Source: Rhodocyclaceae bacterium (GTDB lineage Bacteria; Pseudomonadota; Gammaproteobacteria; Burkholderiales; Rhodocyclaceae). Taken from it: 39,962 bases of DNA. The translations under genes were made by a program, and so were the position numbers. Below are positions 17,048 to 30,208 of this stretch, piece after piece. Under the pieces are notes generated by a model. The model was not told the DNA's origin and made no database searches. It saw only the letters and a list, made by a program, of their open reading frames with translations. The first letter of the stretch is position 1, and each line of letters opens with the position of its first letter. Location of the stretch: contig JAFSWK010000058.1 in assembly GCA_017444505.1 (NCBI GenBank), positions 1 through 39,962 of the forward strand, given 5' to 3'.

Positions 17048-18748
17048 TTATTGTTTCTGCTCTTCGAGCTTGGCCTTCAGCAGCGCGCCCAGATTGGTGG
17101 TGCCGCTGGCGCCAGCACTGTCGGCAGACAGGCGGTTCAGTGCCTCGGTTTGCTCGGCCTGGTCTTTGGCGCGGATGGAGAGGTTGATGGAGCGCGACTT
17201 GCGATCGACGTTGATAATCATCGCTTCGACGCTGTCGCCTTCCTTGAACAGGGAGGTGAGGTCTTCGACACGCTGCGCGGCAGCTTCGGAAGCACGCAAA
17301 TAGCCTTCGATTTCGTCGCTCAGCGCAATCACCGCACCTTTGGCATCCACGCTCTTCACCGTGCCCGTGACCACGCTGTTTTTCTCATGCGTGGCGATGT
17401 AGTTGGTGAAGGGGTCGCCATCGAGCTGCTTGATGCCCAGCGAGATGCGTTCGCGCTCGACATCAATGCCCAGCACCACGGCTTCGACTTCGTCGCCTTT
17501 CTTGAACTTGCGCACGGCCTCTTCGCCCGGCTCGTTCCAGGAAAGGTCAGAGAGGTGCACCAGACCGTCGATGCCGCCATCCAGACCGATGAAGACGCCA
17601 AAGTCGGTGATCGACTTGATGAGGCCGCGAACCTTGTCGCCTTTCTTGTGGTTCATGGCAAAGTCGTCCCACGGGTTGGAACGGCACTGCTTCATGCCCA
17701 GCGAGATGCGGCGGCGCTCTTCGTCGATTTCGAGAATCATGACCTCGACTTCGTCGTTCAGTTGCACCACTTTCGAGGGATGGATGTTTTTGTTCGTCCA
17801 GTCCATTTCGGAGACGTGCACCAGCCCTTCAATGCCTTGTTCGACTTCCACAAAGGCACCGTAGTCGGTGATGTTGGTGACGTGACCGAACAGGCGGGTG
17901 CCCTGCGGATAACGGCGGGAAATGCCGACCCACGGGTCTTCGCCAAGCTGTTTCAGCCCCAGCGAGACGCGCTGGCGTTCCTGGTCAAATTTGAGCACTT
18001 TGGCTTCGATTTCGTCGCCCACGGAGATGACTTCCGAGGGGTGACGCACGCGACGCCAGGCCAGATCGGTGATGTGCAGCAGACCATCAATGCCGCCGAG
18101 ATCGACAAAGGCGCCGTAGTCGGTGATGTTTTTGACCACACCTTTGACGACCAGCCCTTCTTGCAGGCTTTCCAGCAGCTTGCCACGCTCTTCGCCGGTG
18201 GTTTCTTCCAGCACGGCGCGGCGCGAGACGACGACGTTGTTGCGCTTGCGGTCGAGCTTGATGACCTTGAATTCAAATTCCTTGTCTTCGTAGGGCGTGG
18301 TGTCTTTGACCGGACGCATGTCGACGAGCGAGCCGGGCAGGAAGGCGCGGATGCCGTTGATCATGACGGTCAGGCCGCCCTTGACGCGACCGGAAACGTA
18401 GCCGGAAACAATGCTGGCTTCGTTGAGTGCTCTTTCCAGATCGTTCCAAGCCGAGATGCGCTTGGCCTTGTCGCGCGACAGGATGGTGTCGCCATAGCCG
18501 TTTTCCAGGCTTTCGATGGCGACTTCAACGAAATCGCCGACGGCAACTTCCAGTTCGCCACGGTCGTTGCGGAATTCGTCAATGGGAATGTAGCTTTCGG
18601 ATTTCAGCGCGGCATTGACGACGACGAAATTGTGGTGAATGGCGACAACTTCGGCGGTGATGACTTCGCCAGCACGCATTTGCAGGGCGATGCTTTCAGC
18701 GAAGAGGGCGGCAAAACTTTCGTTTTCGGGAGTGGTTTGGGAGGTCAT
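17048..18748 (-). CDS. rpsA: 30S ribosomal protein S1
   Basis: The 566 aa protein contains six S1 repeats (repeated G.V..I.DYGAFV.L.G.DGL.H.S). The start was verified as cat at 18746-18748 ([16 protein letters not shown]). Confidence 0.95.
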   Translation of the reverse strand: MTSQTTPENESFAALFAESIALQMRAGEVITAEVVAIHHNFVVVNAALKSESYIPIDEFRNDRGELEVAVGDFVEVAIESLENGYGDTILSRDKAKRISAWNDLERALNEASIVSGYVSGRVKGGLTVMINGIRAFLPGSLVDMRPVKDTTPYEDKEFEFKVIKLDRKRNNVVVSRRAVLEETTGEERGKLLESLQEGLVVKGVVKNITDYGAFVDLGGIDGLLHITDLAWRRVRHPSEVISVGDEIEAKVLKFDQERQRVSLGLKQLGEDPWVGISRRYPQGTRLFGHVTNITDYGAFVEVEQGIEGLVHVSEMDWTNKNIHPSKVVQLNDEVEVMILEIDEERRRISLGMKQCRSNPWDDFAMNHKKGDKVRGLIKSITDFGVFIGLDGGIDGLVHLSDLSWNEPGEEAVRKFKKGDEVEAVVLGIDVERERISLGIKQLDGDPFTNYIATHEKNSVVTGTVKSVDAKGAVIALSDEIEGYLRASEAAAQRVEDLTSLFKEGDSVEAMIINVDRKSRSINLSIRAKDQAEQTEALNRLSADSAGASGTTNLGALLKAKLEEQKQ

Positions 18749-18855
18749 GGGAAAGGGTTGATCCTTGGCGAGCCGGGCGGAAACCGCATCGGGCGCGCCG
18801 CTTGGGTTAGGTTGAAAGAAAAATGACGCTGCCCTGGCCTGCCTTGCAGCAGGCA

Positions 18856-20820
18856 TCAGACAGACGCCGCCTGGATTGCCCGAAGAACAGTTTGCACCGC
18901 AGTGTCGATATCCATTTCGGTGGTATCGATCAGTTGTGCATCGGGCCAGTGTTTCAGCGGGGCATGGGCGCGGGCGGCATCTTGTGCATCCCGCGCGGCG
19001 ATTTCCCGCCGAAGACTGTCAATATTAGCATGAAAACCCATGGCTTGCGCTTGGCGAGTGCGCCGTTGGGCGCGCGCTTCGACGCTGGCGGTGAGAAAAA
19101 ATTTGTGCGTCGCATCCGGAAAGATGACCGAACCCATGTCCCGACCTTCGGCGACCAGCCCGGGGGCGGTGCGGAAGTCGCGCTGGCGCTGGAAAAGCGC
19201 GCTGCGCACGCGAGCGTGCGCGCTGATTTGCGAGGCGAGCTGCGAGATGGTCTCGGCGCGGATGGCATCGGTCACATCGTCGTTTTCCAGCCACACCCGC
19301 CCTTGCGCAAAACGGGCGGGCAAGTCGCGGGCGATGCGGGCAAGCGTCTCTTCATCTTCCGGCGCAATTTGCTGGCGCTGGGCGGCGAGCGCCACGAGGC
19401 GATAGAGCGCACCGCTGTCCAGATGCGTGTAGCCCAGCGCTTGCGCGACGGCGGCGGCCACTGTGCCTTTGCCGGAAGCGGCGGGACCGTCGATGGCAAT
19501 GACCGGCACGGGGCGGCTGATGGCGGCAAAGGCGGTGAAGTATTCGGGGAAGGTTTTGTTCACGCAGGCCGGGTCGCGGATGGTGATGTCGACGCCGCCC
19601 AGCGTGGCGAGCGAAAAACACATTGCCATGCGGTGATCGTCATAGGTGTCGATGGCGGCGGCGCGCAGGCGCGCGGGCGGGGTGATGGTGAGCGCGTCGG
19701 CTTCTTCCTGCACCTGTGCGCCGAGTTTGCGCAGCTCTGTGCTCATTGCGGCCAGCCGGTCGGTTTCCTTGACGCGCCAGCTGGCGATGTTGCGCAACCG
19801 GCAAGGGCCGTCGGCAAACAGGGCGGCGACGGCCAGCGTCATGGCGGCATCGGGAATGTGGTTCAAATCCAGATCAAAGGCGCGCAGCCGAGCGTTTTCG
19901 GGCGGGCGGGCGAGGATGTGATGCGGGTGCACTTCAATGCGCGCGCCCATATTGGCGAGGGCTTCGGCAAAGCGCACGTCGCCCTGAATGCTGTCGGCAC
20001 CGACACCGTCGACACGTACTTCACCGCCGCCAATCGCACCGGCGGCGAGAAAGTACGAGGCAGACGATGCGTCGCCTTCGACATGCAGCACGCCCGGGCT
20101 GCGATAGCCGTGCGTGCCGGGCAGGAAGAAGGTGTTGTCTGCACGCGCTTCGATTGCCAGACCGAAACGGCGGGCAAGCGCGATGGTCAGATCAATGTAG
20201 GGGCGGGAAATCGTCTCGCCTTCCAGCGCCAGCGTGATGGGGCGGCGCAGCAGGGGCAGGGCGATGAGCAAGGCGCTGACGAACTGGCTGGAAACCGTGC
20301 CGCGCACGCGCACCTGCGTGGCACCATTGTCCTGATGCGGGGCGATAGTTAGCGGCGGATAACCTTCGTTGCCGGTGCAGCCAATCTGCGCGCCGAGGCT
20401 GCGCAGCGCGTCCAGCAGGTCGCCAATGGGACGTTCGTGCATCCGCGCGGTGCCGTGCAGGTGGTAGTGGCCACCGGCGAGGGCAAGCACGGCAGTGAGC
20501 GGTCGAAATGCAGTGCCGGCGTTGCCCAGAAACAGGTCGGCCTGACGCACGGGCAAGACGCCGCCGCAGCCGGTGATGACAATCGCGGGCGGCGCATCGG
20601 CCTGCGCGGGCAGCGTGCGGCAGTTGATGCCCAGCGCGGTGAGCGCTTCCATCATGCGCGCGGTGTCGTCCGAGGCCAGGCAGTTTTCGATGCGGGTTTC
20701 GCCTTCACTGAGCGCGGCCAGCAACAGCACGCGGTTGGAAATGCTTTTGGAACCCGGCAGACGCACGCGGCCTTCCACGCCCAGCAGCGGCGGCAGCAGC
20801 AAATCGGGCGAGGCGCTCAT
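18856..20820 (-). CDS. aroA: Fused 3-phosphoshikimate 1-carboxyvinyltransferase (AroA) and cytidylate kinase (Cmk), 654 aa
   Basis: The N-terminal part is EPSP synthase ([17 protein letters not shown]...KTFPEYF). It continues in frame with no stop into cytidylate kinase ([16 protein letters not shown]...LDSGALYR). The junction is at about 19500-19530. The start, cat at 20818-20820, overlaps the tyrA stop as ATGA. Confidence 0.85.
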   Translation of the reverse strand: MSASPDLLLPPLLGVEGRVRLPGSKSISNRVLLLAALSEGETRIENCLASDDTARMMEALTALGINCRTLPAQADAPPAIVITGCGGVLPVRQADLFLGNAGTAFRPLTAVLALAGGHYHLHGTARMHERPIGDLLDALRSLGAQIGCTGNEGYPPLTIAPHQDNGATQVRVRGTVSSQFVSALLIALPLLRRPITLALEGETISRPYIDLTIALARRFGLAIEARADNTFFLPGTHGYRSPGVLHVEGDASSASYFLAAGAIGGGEVRVDGVGADSIQGDVRFAEALANMGARIEVHPHHILARPPENARLRAFDLDLNHIPDAAMTLAVAALFADGPCRLRNIASWRVKETDRLAAMSTELRKLGAQVQEEADALTITPPARLRAAAIDTYDDHRMAMCFSLATLGGVDITIRDPACVNKTFPEYFTAFAAISRPVPVIAIDGPAASGKGTVAAAVAQALGYTHLDSGALYRLVALAAQRQQIAPEDEETLARIARDLPARFAQGRVWLENDDVTDAIRAETISQLASQISAHARVRSALFQRQRDFRTAPGLVAEGRDMGSVIFPDATHKFFLTASVEARAQRRTRQAQAMGFHANIDSLRREIAARDAQDAARAHAPLKHWPDAQLIDTTEMDIDTAVQTVLRAIQAASV

Positions 20821-21725
20821 CCTTCGCCCTCTTCCGGCGCGGCGTTCTGGGCTTGTTCGATTTGGGCAATCCAGTTGTTGCGCGCGTCGCGGGCGGTGGA
20901 AAAATGCTTGTGGAGCAAATCGCTTTTCCCGGCCAGCAGCAGCGAGCGCAGATAGGCCAGTTCGCTGAGGTATTGGTCCAGTTCGGCCAGCAGCGGCTGG
21001 CGGTTGGCGATGCAGATGTCGCGCCACATTTCGGGGTGGCTGCCGGCAATGCGGGTGAAGTCGCGGAAACCGCCGGCGGCGAAGGCGAAAAGCTGTTCGG
21101 CGTTGGCGCGTTTGGCCAGGTCGTGCACCAGCCCATAGGCGAGCAGGTGGGGCAGGTGGCTGACGGCGGCAAAAATGCGGTCGTGGTCTTGTGGGTGCAT
21201 TTCAACCACGCTGGCACCGCAGGCGCGCCACAGTTCGCTGACCAGGCGGGCGGTGGCGGTGCTGTTTTCGGGCAACGGCGTGAGCACGACGCGCCGCCCG
21301 TCGAAGAGATGGGCGTGGGCGGCATCCGGGCCGCTGTGTTCCGTACCGGCGATGGGGTGGGCGGGGATGGCGTGCGTGAGATGGTGCGGCAGGTGGCGGT
21401 AGATGGCTTCGACGACGTCGCCCTTGGTGCTGCCCGCGTCAGTGACGATGGTGGTGGGCGGAAGATGCGGCGCGATTTGTTCCAGCACCTTGCCGGTTTG
21501 CGCTACCGGACAGGCGAGCAGCACGAGGCTGGCACCTTCCAGCGCCTGCGGCCAGCTCTCAGGGGCTTCGTCGATGATGCCCAGCGCGATGGCGCGTTCC
21601 AGGGTTTCACGGCTGCGACCCATGCCGACAATCTGTTCGGCCAGTCCGCCCCGACGCAGCGCCAGGGCGAACGAGCCGCCAATCAGACCGACGCCGCAGA
21701 TGACGATTTTTTTGAAGGCTTTCAT
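20817..21725 (-). CDS. tyrA: Prephenate dehydrogenase
   Basis: It begins with a Rossmann-type motif, [23 protein letters not shown], and contains GSTK and HPIAGTE motifs. The start was verified as cat at 21723-21725. Confidence 0.85.
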   Translation of the reverse strand: MKAFKKIVICGVGLIGGSFALALRRGGLAEQIVGMGRSRETLERAIALGIIDEAPESWPQALEGASLVLLACPVAQTGKVLEQIAPHLPPTTIVTDAGSTKGDVVEAIYRHLPHHLTHAIPAHPIAGTEHSGPDAAHAHLFDGRRVVLTPLPENSTATARLVSELWRACGASVVEMHPQDHDRIFAAVSHLPHLLAYGLVHDLAKRANAEQLFAFAAGGFRDFTRIAGSHPEMWRDICIANRQPLLAELDQYLSELAYLRSLLLAGKSDLLHKHFSTARDARNNWIAQIEQAQNAAPEEGEG

Positions 21726-21757
21726 GGTGCGGGAAAACAGGTGTGGAAAGAGGAAGG

Positions 21758-22858
21758 TCAGCGGTGCAGGGCGCGTTCCAGCGCGGCGATGCAGGCGGCG
21801 TTTTCCGCCTCGGTGCCGATGCTGATGCGCAACCACTCGGGCAGGCCATAGTTGGCAATTGGACGCACGATGACGCCCTGGCGCAGCAGCGCCGCATTGA
21901 CGGCGGCGGCGTCACCAACTTCAACCGTGAGGAAGTTGCCGCAAGACGGCATCCAGCGCAGCCCGAGGCGCGCAAAGGCTTGCGTGTATTGCGCCATGCC
22001 GCGACGGTTGAGTTCAGCGCTGGCGCGCAGAAAGGCTTCGTCGCCCAGCGCGGCTTCGGCGGCGGCCAGCGCGAGGGTGGAGACATTGAACGGCTGACGC
22101 ACGCGGTTCATCAAATCAACGACATCGGGCGCACCAATGCCGTAGCCGACGCGCAGCCCGGCCAGCCCGTAGGCCTTGGAAAAGGTGCGCAAGACCAGCA
22201 GGTGCGGGAAACGACTGAGCCAGCCGATGCTGTCATAGCGTTGTTCGTCGGCCAGATATTCGGTGTAGGCTTCGTCCAGAATGACCAGCACGTCGCGCGG
22301 CACGCGCTCAATGAATTGTTCCAGCGCCGCGCCGTGCAAAAACGTGCCGGTGGGGTTGTTCGGGTTGGCGAGGAAGACGATGCGCGTGTTCGCATCAATG
22401 GCGGCCAGCATGGCGTCCAGGTTGTGACCGTAGTCTTGGGCGGGGATGACGATGCCGGTGGCGCCCGCCGCTTGCGTGGCCAGCGCATAGACGGCGAAGG
22501 AATACTGCGAATAGACCGTTGCCGCGCCGGGGGTGAGGAAGGCGTCGGCAGCGATTTCCAGCAGGTCGTTCGAGCCGTTGCCCAGAATGAGGTTTTCCAT
22601 CTGCACGCCATAGCGTCGGCACAGCGCGGTTTTCAGCGCAAAACCGTTGCCGTCGGGATAACGGGCGCTGTCGGTGACGGTGCGGAAGATGGCTTCGCGC
22701 GCGGCCTCACTCATGCCCAGCGGGTTTTCGTTGGAAGCGAGCTTGATGATGGTGTCCGCAGACAGGCCTTGTTCGCGGGCGACTTCCTCAATGGGCCGCC
22801 CGGGCTGGTACGGCGAGATGGCACGGATGTGGGCAGGCGCGCGGTCGGCAATGGACAT
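21758..22858 (-). CDS. hisC: Histidinol-phosphate / aromatic aminotransferase (class II)
   Basis: It contains ISPYQPG, KLASNENPLG and a TFSKAYGLAGLRVGY lysine motif. It lies between pheA and tyrA, as in betaproteobacterial aromatic amino acid clusters. Confidence 0.85.
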   Translation of the reverse strand: MSIADRAPAHIRAISPYQPGRPIEEVAREQGLSADTIIKLASNENPLGMSEAAREAIFRTVTDSARYPDGNGFALKTALCRRYGVQMENLILGNGSNDLLEIAADAFLTPGAATVYSQYSFAVYALATQAAGATGIVIPAQDYGHNLDAMLAAIDANTRIVFLANPNNPTGTFLHGAALEQFIERVPRDVLVILDEAYTEYLADEQRYDSIGWLSRFPHLLVLRTFSKAYGLAGLRVGYGIGAPDVVDLMNRVRQPFNVSTLALAAAEAALGDEAFLRASAELNRRGMAQYTQAFARLGLRWMPSCGNFLTVEVGDAAAVNAALLRQGVIVRPIANYGLPEWLRISIGTEAENAACIAALERALHR

Positions 22859-22875
22859 GCTGCGGTTCCTTCGGG

Positions 22876-23949
22876 TTACATGGGCGGGATGGGATAGGAG
22901 CCGAGTACCTTGACGTATACGGAACGTTCGTTCAACGTGGTCAGCGCCCGACGGATGGCAGTGTCGGAATGGTGGCCTTCCACGTCGATGTAAAAGACGT
23001 ATTCCCATTGCGCGCCCTTGGCCGGGCGGGACTGGAATTTGGACATGTTGACGCCAAAGCGGGCGAGCGGTTCCAGCAGCTTGTGCACCGAGCCGGGGCG
23101 GTGCGGCGTGGAGCAGACCAGCGAGGTTTTGTCGTGCCCGGACGAGGCGACGTCGTGCGTGCCGATGACCAGAAAACGGGTGGTATTGTTGGTGTCGTCC
23201 TCAATATTGGCGGCCAGCGTGTTGAGTTCGTACAGATGGGCGCTGGCTTCGCCGGCGATGGCGCAGGCGGTGGGGTCTTCGGCGGCGAGACGGGCGGCTT
23301 CGGCGTTGCTGGCCACTGGCGTGCGCGCCAGTGCGGGCAGGTGGTTGGCCAGCCATTGCGAGCATTGCGCCAGCGATTGCGCGTGCGAATAGATGCGGGT
23401 GACATTCTCCAGACTTTCCGCGCGCGAGAGCAGTTGATGGTGGATGCGCAGACTGGTTTCGCCGCAGATTTTCAGCGGCGTTTCCAGCAGCAAATCCAGT
23501 GTGACGCCCACGGCACCTTCGGTGGAGTTTTCCACCGGCACCACGCCGTAATCGACCGTGCCCGCTTCTACCGCGCGGAATACCTCGCGGATGCTGGGCT
23601 GCGGCAAAAAGGTGGGGGCAGCGCCAAAATGCTGCATGGCCGCACTTTCGGAATAGGTGCCCGCCGGCCCCAGATAGGCGATGCGCAGCGGGCGCTCCAG
23701 CGCCAGACAGGCAGACATGATTTCACGGAAAATGTGGGCGACGGTGGCCGTGGGCAAAGGGCCGGGATTGCGGGTGGTGAGACTGCGCAATACCTGCGCT
23801 TCGCGCTCGGGACGGTACAGGTGCTGCCCGGCCTTGAGTTCGCCGATGCGCTGGGCGGCGCGCGCACGGGCGGCGAGATGCTCAAGAATTTTGCCGTCCA
23901 GAAGGTCAATCTCGGTGCGAAGCTGGAGGAGTTCTTCTTCGGGAGTCAT
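22876..23949 (-). CDS. pheA: Bifunctional chorismate mutase / prephenate dehydratase (P-protein)
   Basis: An N-terminal chorismate mutase helix (LRTEIDLLDGKILEHLAARA) is followed by a prephenate dehydratase core (IAYLGPAGTYSE, TRF) and a C-terminal ACT region (MSKFQSRP). Confidence 0.9.
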   Translation of the reverse strand: MTPEEELLQLRTEIDLLDGKILEHLAARARAAQRIGELKAGQHLYRPEREAQVLRSLTTRNPGPLPTATVAHIFREIMSACLALERPLRIAYLGPAGTYSESAAMQHFGAAPTFLPQPSIREVFRAVEAGTVDYGVVPVENSTEGAVGVTLDLLLETPLKICGETSLRIHHQLLSRAESLENVTRIYSHAQSLAQCSQWLANHLPALARTPVASNAEAARLAAEDPTACAIAGEASAHLYELNTLAANIEDDTNNTTRFLVIGTHDVASSGHDKTSLVCSTPHRPGSVHKLLEPLARFGVNMSKFQSRPAKGAQWEYVFYIDVEGHHSDTAIRRALTTLNERSVYVKVLGSYPIPPM

Positions 23950-23985
23950 AAGGGCAAAAACAAACGGTTGCAGGAAGAAAACGAA

Positions 23986-25080
23986 TCAGCCTTTGCGGCG
24001 GGCAAAGTCTTGCATGTAGTCGCACAACGCGCGGACGGCTTCCAGCGGCACGGCGTTGTAGAGCGAGGCGCGCATCCCGCCGACGCTTTTGTGACCTTTC
24101 AACTGCTGCAAGCCGCGCTCGGCTGCGCCAGCGAGAAATTCGGCGTCGAGACCGGCATCGTGCAGGAAAAACGGCACGTTCATGCGCGAACGGCAGGCGG
24201 CAGCGACCGTGTTGCGGTAAAAGCCGCCGCTCGCGTCGATGGTGTCATAGAGCAGTGCGGCCTTTTTCGCGTTTTGCGCGGCAATCGCCGGCAGCCCGCC
24301 TTGTTCGCGCAGCCAGCGCAGCACCAGCGCGGCAATGTGGATGGCGAAAGTGGGCGGGGTGTTGAGCATGGAATCATGCGCCGCTTGCGTGGCGTAATCG
24401 AGCAGCGGCGGCGTGATGGCGGCGGCGCGTCCGAGCAGGTCTTCGCGGATGAACAGAATCGTCAGCCCGGCGGGGCCGATGTTTTTCTGCGCACCGGCAT
24501 AGACCAGCCCGTAACGGCTGAAATCCATCGGGCGCGAAAGAATGTGCGAAGACATGTCCGCCACCAGCGGCACATCGCCGCATTCGGGCAGTTGCGCTTC
24601 GTCGAGCACTTCGATGCCGTGGATGGTCTCATTGCTGCACAGGTGAATGTAGCGCGCCTGCGGGTCAAGCTGCATGGCTTCGCGGGGCACGACGCCGCCG
24701 ACGGCTTCGCCCGCCAGACGCACTGTGCCGCCCAGTTGCGGCGCCAGGCGCGCGGCTTCGGTGTAGGCTTTTTTCGACCAGGTGCCGGTGACGAGATAGT
24801 CCGCACTGCCGCCGTCGAGCAGGTTCATGACAAGCTGCGAAAATTGCAGCGTCGCGCCGCCCTGCAAAAACAGGATTTTGTATTGCGCAGGCAAATCCGT
24901 GAGCGCGCGCAGGTCGGCTTCGGCCTCTGCAATGATGCGGGAGAACGCCGCACCGCGATGGCTCATTTCCAGCACGCCGCATCCGGCGCCTTGCCAGTCC
25001 GTCATTCCGGCGGCGGCGGCTTCCAGTACGGGCAGGGGCAGCGCGGCGGGGCCGGCGCTGAAGTTGAAAGCACGGTTCAT
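23986..25080 (-). CDS. serC: Phosphoserine aminotransferase
   Basis: It reads MNRAFNFSAGPAALP...EMSHRG...YAGAQKNIGPAGLT. The start was verified as cat at 25078-25080. Confidence 0.9.
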   Translation of the reverse strand: MNRAFNFSAGPAALPLPVLEAAAAGMTDWQGAGCGVLEMSHRGAAFSRIIAEAEADLRALTDLPAQYKILFLQGGATLQFSQLVMNLLDGGSADYLVTGTWSKKAYTEAARLAPQLGGTVRLAGEAVGGVVPREAMQLDPQARYIHLCSNETIHGIEVLDEAQLPECGDVPLVADMSSHILSRPMDFSRYGLVYAGAQKNIGPAGLTILFIREDLLGRAAAITPPLLDYATQAAHDSMLNTPPTFAIHIAALVLRWLREQGGLPAIAAQNAKKAALLYDTIDASGGFYRNTVAAACRSRMNVPFFLHDAGLDAEFLAGAAERGLQQLKGHKSVGGMRASLYNAVPLEAVRALCDYMQDFARRKG

Positions 25081-25109
25081 GGTGTGCGTTGGCGTGAAAG
25101 GGAAGGGCG

Positions 25110-27689
<2,580 letters not shown>

Positions 27690-27831
27690 GACTTCAGGAA
27701 ACAAACGGAAAAACTGCGTGAGAATACCACGGACCGGCGAATGCCCCCAAGATTGGCCGTTTGCGCGGAAATTTTGCGGGCTCGTCGTGCGGTGGCCTTT
27801 TCGCGCTTTGGGCGTTGTTATTACGTGCCTG

Positions 27832-27861
27832 TTGCAAAGCGGCAACAAAATGCGGGATAAT
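27832..27861 (+). promoter_or_regulatory. Candidate sigma70 promoter for the ompA-like gene (-35 TTGCAA, 18-nt spacer, -10 GATAAT)
   Basis: This is a motif match in the 312-nt gyrA/ompA divergent region. It implies a leader of about 135 nt. The -35 element lies within the inverted repeat TGTTGC-n6-GCAACA (27830-27847). Confidence 0.3.
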
Positions 27862-28001
27862 CCGGCTCATAAAGCGCGGTCCTGTTTGGCATTGCTACGC
27901 TAATCGTGCGATGGTTTCACCAAGCGGACTTTCCTAGCTGCAAAGCTTCAGGTCCAGCGGTTTCGTTTCAACTTTTGGAACTTCCCTACGACGAGGAAAA
28001 T

Positions 28002-28709
28002 ATGATCAAACACACCAAGAAACACCTGATGCTGCTGGCTTTTGCCGCGGCTGGCCTGTCTGCTTCTGCCGTCCAGGCTGCTGACGCCGTGACCGATATC
28101 GTCGTCAATCCTGCCGGCGAAATCCCCTATGTTATCGATGCCCGCAACGTGGTTGCCCGCAGCGACTTTGGTCTGTGCTGGCGCACTGGCTACTGGACGC
28201 CGGCTGCCGCCGAGCAAGCGCTGGCGAATGACCTGCCGGTCGGCTGCGCTTGCGACAGCGACGTAATCGAAGCTGCCAAGTGCGCTCCGGTTGCCGAAAC
28301 GCCTGCTGCGCCCCCGGCGGTTGCCCAGAAGATCAAACTCTCTGCCGACGCGCTGTTCGACTTCGACAAGGCTGTCCTGAAGCCCACCGGCAAACAGATG
28401 CTGGATGAGCTGGCGACCAAGCTGGATCAAATCAATCTGGAAGTGATTCTGGCTGTTGGCCACACCGACCGCATCGGTTCGGCTGCCTACAACCAGCGTC
28501 TGTCCGAGCGTCGCGCTGCCGCGGTCAAGACCTATCTGGCGAACAAGGGCGTGCCCAGCCAGGCGATCTACACCGAAGGCAAGGGCAAGACCCAGCCTGT
28601 CACCGGCGACAAGTGCAACGGCATCAAGAACCGCAAGGCTCTGATTTCCTGCCTGCAACCGGATCGTCGCGTCGAAATCGAAGTGATTGGCACCACCAAA
28701 GGCCAGTAA
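28002..28709 (+). CDS. OmpA-family peptidoglycan-associated outer membrane protein (RmpM-like)
   Basis: It has a signal peptide (MIKHTKKHLMLLAFAAAGLSASAVQA), an Ala/Pro linker and an OmpA_C domain (ALFDFDKAVL...GHTDRIGSAAYNQRLSERRA). The ATG follows GAGGAAAAT. Confidence 0.8.
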   Translation: MIKHTKKHLMLLAFAAAGLSASAVQAADAVTDIVVNPAGEIPYVIDARNVVARSDFGLCWRTGYWTPAAAEQALANDLPVGCACDSDVIEAAKCAPVAETPAAPPAVAQKIKLSADALFDFDKAVLKPTGKQMLDELATKLDQINLEVILAVGHTDRIGSAAYNQRLSERRAAAVKTYLANKGVPSQAIYTEGKGKTQPVTGDKCNGIKNRKALISCLQPDRRVEIEVIGTTKGQ

Positions 28710-28732
28710 TCATCACTCTCGGTGAAATGCAC

Positions 28733-28762
28733 AAAAGCCCTGCCTCGCGCAGGGCTTTTTTT
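28733..28762 (+). terminator. Rho-independent terminator after the ompA-like gene
   Basis: A 7-bp GC-rich stem pairs GCCCTGC (28737-28743) with GCAGGGC (28749-28755). A T7 run follows at 28756-28762. Confidence 0.75.
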
Positions 28763-28840
28763 GCCTGAGAGCCAGGAAAAGCGCTGCGGCGCGTGAACGG
28801 TAAAATGCGTCTTCACGAAACTCTTTGTTGCCTGTTAGCC

Positions 28841-29551
28841 ATGAGCGGACACAACCTGAACGCCGATTTTGCGGAAATCCAGAAATTCAGCGACCTGGCG
28901 CATCACTGGTGGGATGAGACTTCTGAATTCGCCCCGCTGCACCGCATCAACCCGCTGCGTCTGGACTGGATTGACCGCCATGCGCAGATTGCCGGCAAAA
29001 ATGTGCTGGATATTGGCTGCGGCGGCGGCATTTTGTCGGAGAGCATGGCGGTGCGCGGCGCGTATGTGACGGGCATCGACCTTTCCGAAGAGGCGCTGAC
29101 GGTCGCCCGTCTGCATCTGCTGGAGACGGGGCGCGAGGTTTCCTATCTACAAATCAGCGCGGAAGAACACGCGGCGGCGCGTCCTGCTTTTTACGACGTG
29201 GTCACCTGCATGGAAATGCTGGAGCACGTGCCCGATCCCGCCAGTATCGTGCGTTCGGCGGCCACGCTGGTCAAACCCGGCGGACAGGTGTTTTTTTCCA
29301 CGCTGAACCGCAACCGCAAGGCTTGGCTGTTTGCCATCATGGCTGCCGAGCGTATCCTGAAACTGCTGCCGCGCGGCACGCACGAGTATTCACGTTTTCT
29401 CAAACCTTCTGAACTGGCGCGTTTTTGCCGCGATGCCGGTTTGCAGGTGGAAGAAATCATCGGACTGACCTACAACCCGCTGACGCGCCTCTATGCGCTC
29501 TCTTCCGATACGGACGTGAATTACCTGATTCGCACGCGCCGCACGGCCTGA
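28841..29551 (+). CDS. ubiG: Ubiquinone biosynthesis O-methyltransferase UbiG
   Basis: It reads [33 protein letters not shown] and has the SAM motif [13 protein letters not shown]. The ATG at 28841 gives an E. coli-like N-terminus. Upstream in-frame starts exist at 28793 and 28805. Confidence 0.85.
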   Translation: MSGHNLNADFAEIQKFSDLAHHWWDETSEFAPLHRINPLRLDWIDRHAQIAGKNVLDIGCGGGILSESMAVRGAYVTGIDLSEEALTVARLHLLETGREVSYLQISAEEHAAARPAFYDVVTCMEMLEHVPDPASIVRSAATLVKPGGQVFFSTLNRNRKAWLFAIMAAERILKLLPRGTHEYSRFLKPSELARFCRDAGLQVEEIIGLTYNPLTRLYALSSDTDVNYLIRTRRTA

Positions 29552-29566
29552 CTGGAGCGTCCGTCC

Positions 29567-30163
29567 ATGTTGACCACGGAAAGCATTCTTCTGCTCGTCT
29601 TTGTTCTCGCGCTGGTGGGCTATGGCCTGTTGATTTACAAGCGCCTCGTTTCGCTGCACAAGCACCTTCTGCACGCCTATGCGCTGATTGACCTGCATTT
29701 GCAGCGCCGTTATGGCCTGATTGCCAAAATTGTGGAAGCGGCGCAGCGCTGTCTGGCACAGGAACAGGAAATACCGGAAAACGTCATGGCTGCGCGCAAT
29801 CAGGCGCAGACGGCAGCGGGCATGGTGGCGATGAACCCTGTCGACAGCGGCGCGCTGGCTTTTCTGGCGGGTGCAGAGCATTTGCTGGAAGGGGCACTGG
29901 TGCAGCTTTTCGCGCGGCTGCAAGCCTCGCCGCAGTGGCAGGCGGACGAGCAGGCGATGCAGTTGTGCCAGAATCTGGTGAGCACGGGCGAGGGAATTCA
30001 CGTTGCGCAGCAGGCGTTTAACGACGCGGTGATACGCTACAACGCGCGCTGCGAATCTTTTCCGGATACGCTGGTGGCGGATCGTTTTGGCTTTGAAACG
30101 GCGAATTTGCTGGTCCTGGCGGATGCGGAAACCTGCGCTCCGGCGCAGGCAGAGGCGGCTTGA
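29567..30163 (+). CDS. lemA: LemA-family membrane protein
   Basis: An N-terminal TM helix is followed by YKRLVSL...IDLHLQRRYGLIAKIVE. The C-terminal AFNDAVIRYNARCESFPDTLVADRFGFE matches LemA signatures. Confidence 0.75.
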   Translation: MLTTESILLLVFVLALVGYGLLIYKRLVSLHKHLLHAYALIDLHLQRRYGLIAKIVEAAQRCLAQEQEIPENVMAARNQAQTAAGMVAMNPVDSGALAFLAGAEHLLEGALVQLFARLQASPQWQADEQAMQLCQNLVSTGEGIHVAQQAFNDAVIRYNARCESFPDTLVADRFGFETANLLVLADAETCAPAQAEAA

Positions 30164-30208
30164 TGGGTGGGCGCAGACGCGGAATGGCGGTTTGCGGAAG
30201 GAGAAACG

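Noticed and set aside
16583-18826. A 747 aa plus-strand ORF opposite rpsA and ihfB, plus analogous antisense ORFs at 2275-4722(-), 14061-15188(-), 18823-20352(+), 20853-21851(+), 21743-22897(+), 22969-25428(+), 25221-26333(+), 31238-32437(-), 32079-33500(-), 33515-34492(-), 36538-37896(-) and 37912-39240(-)
   Set aside because: Each lies opposite a confidently identified conserved gene (tldD, oxyR, rpsA, aroA, tyrA, hisC, pheA/serC, gyrA, the ELM1-family and GT10-like genes, ilvE, alaA, hom). Each has a repetitive R/A/G/H-rich translation. I treat them as GC-driven artefacts.
29552-30208. A cobalamin riboswitch upstream of cobS
   Set aside because: The only non-coding stretches are 15 nt (ubiG-lemA) and 45 nt (lemA-cobS), which is far too short for a riboswitch of about 200 nt. 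I saw no B12-box-like sequence.
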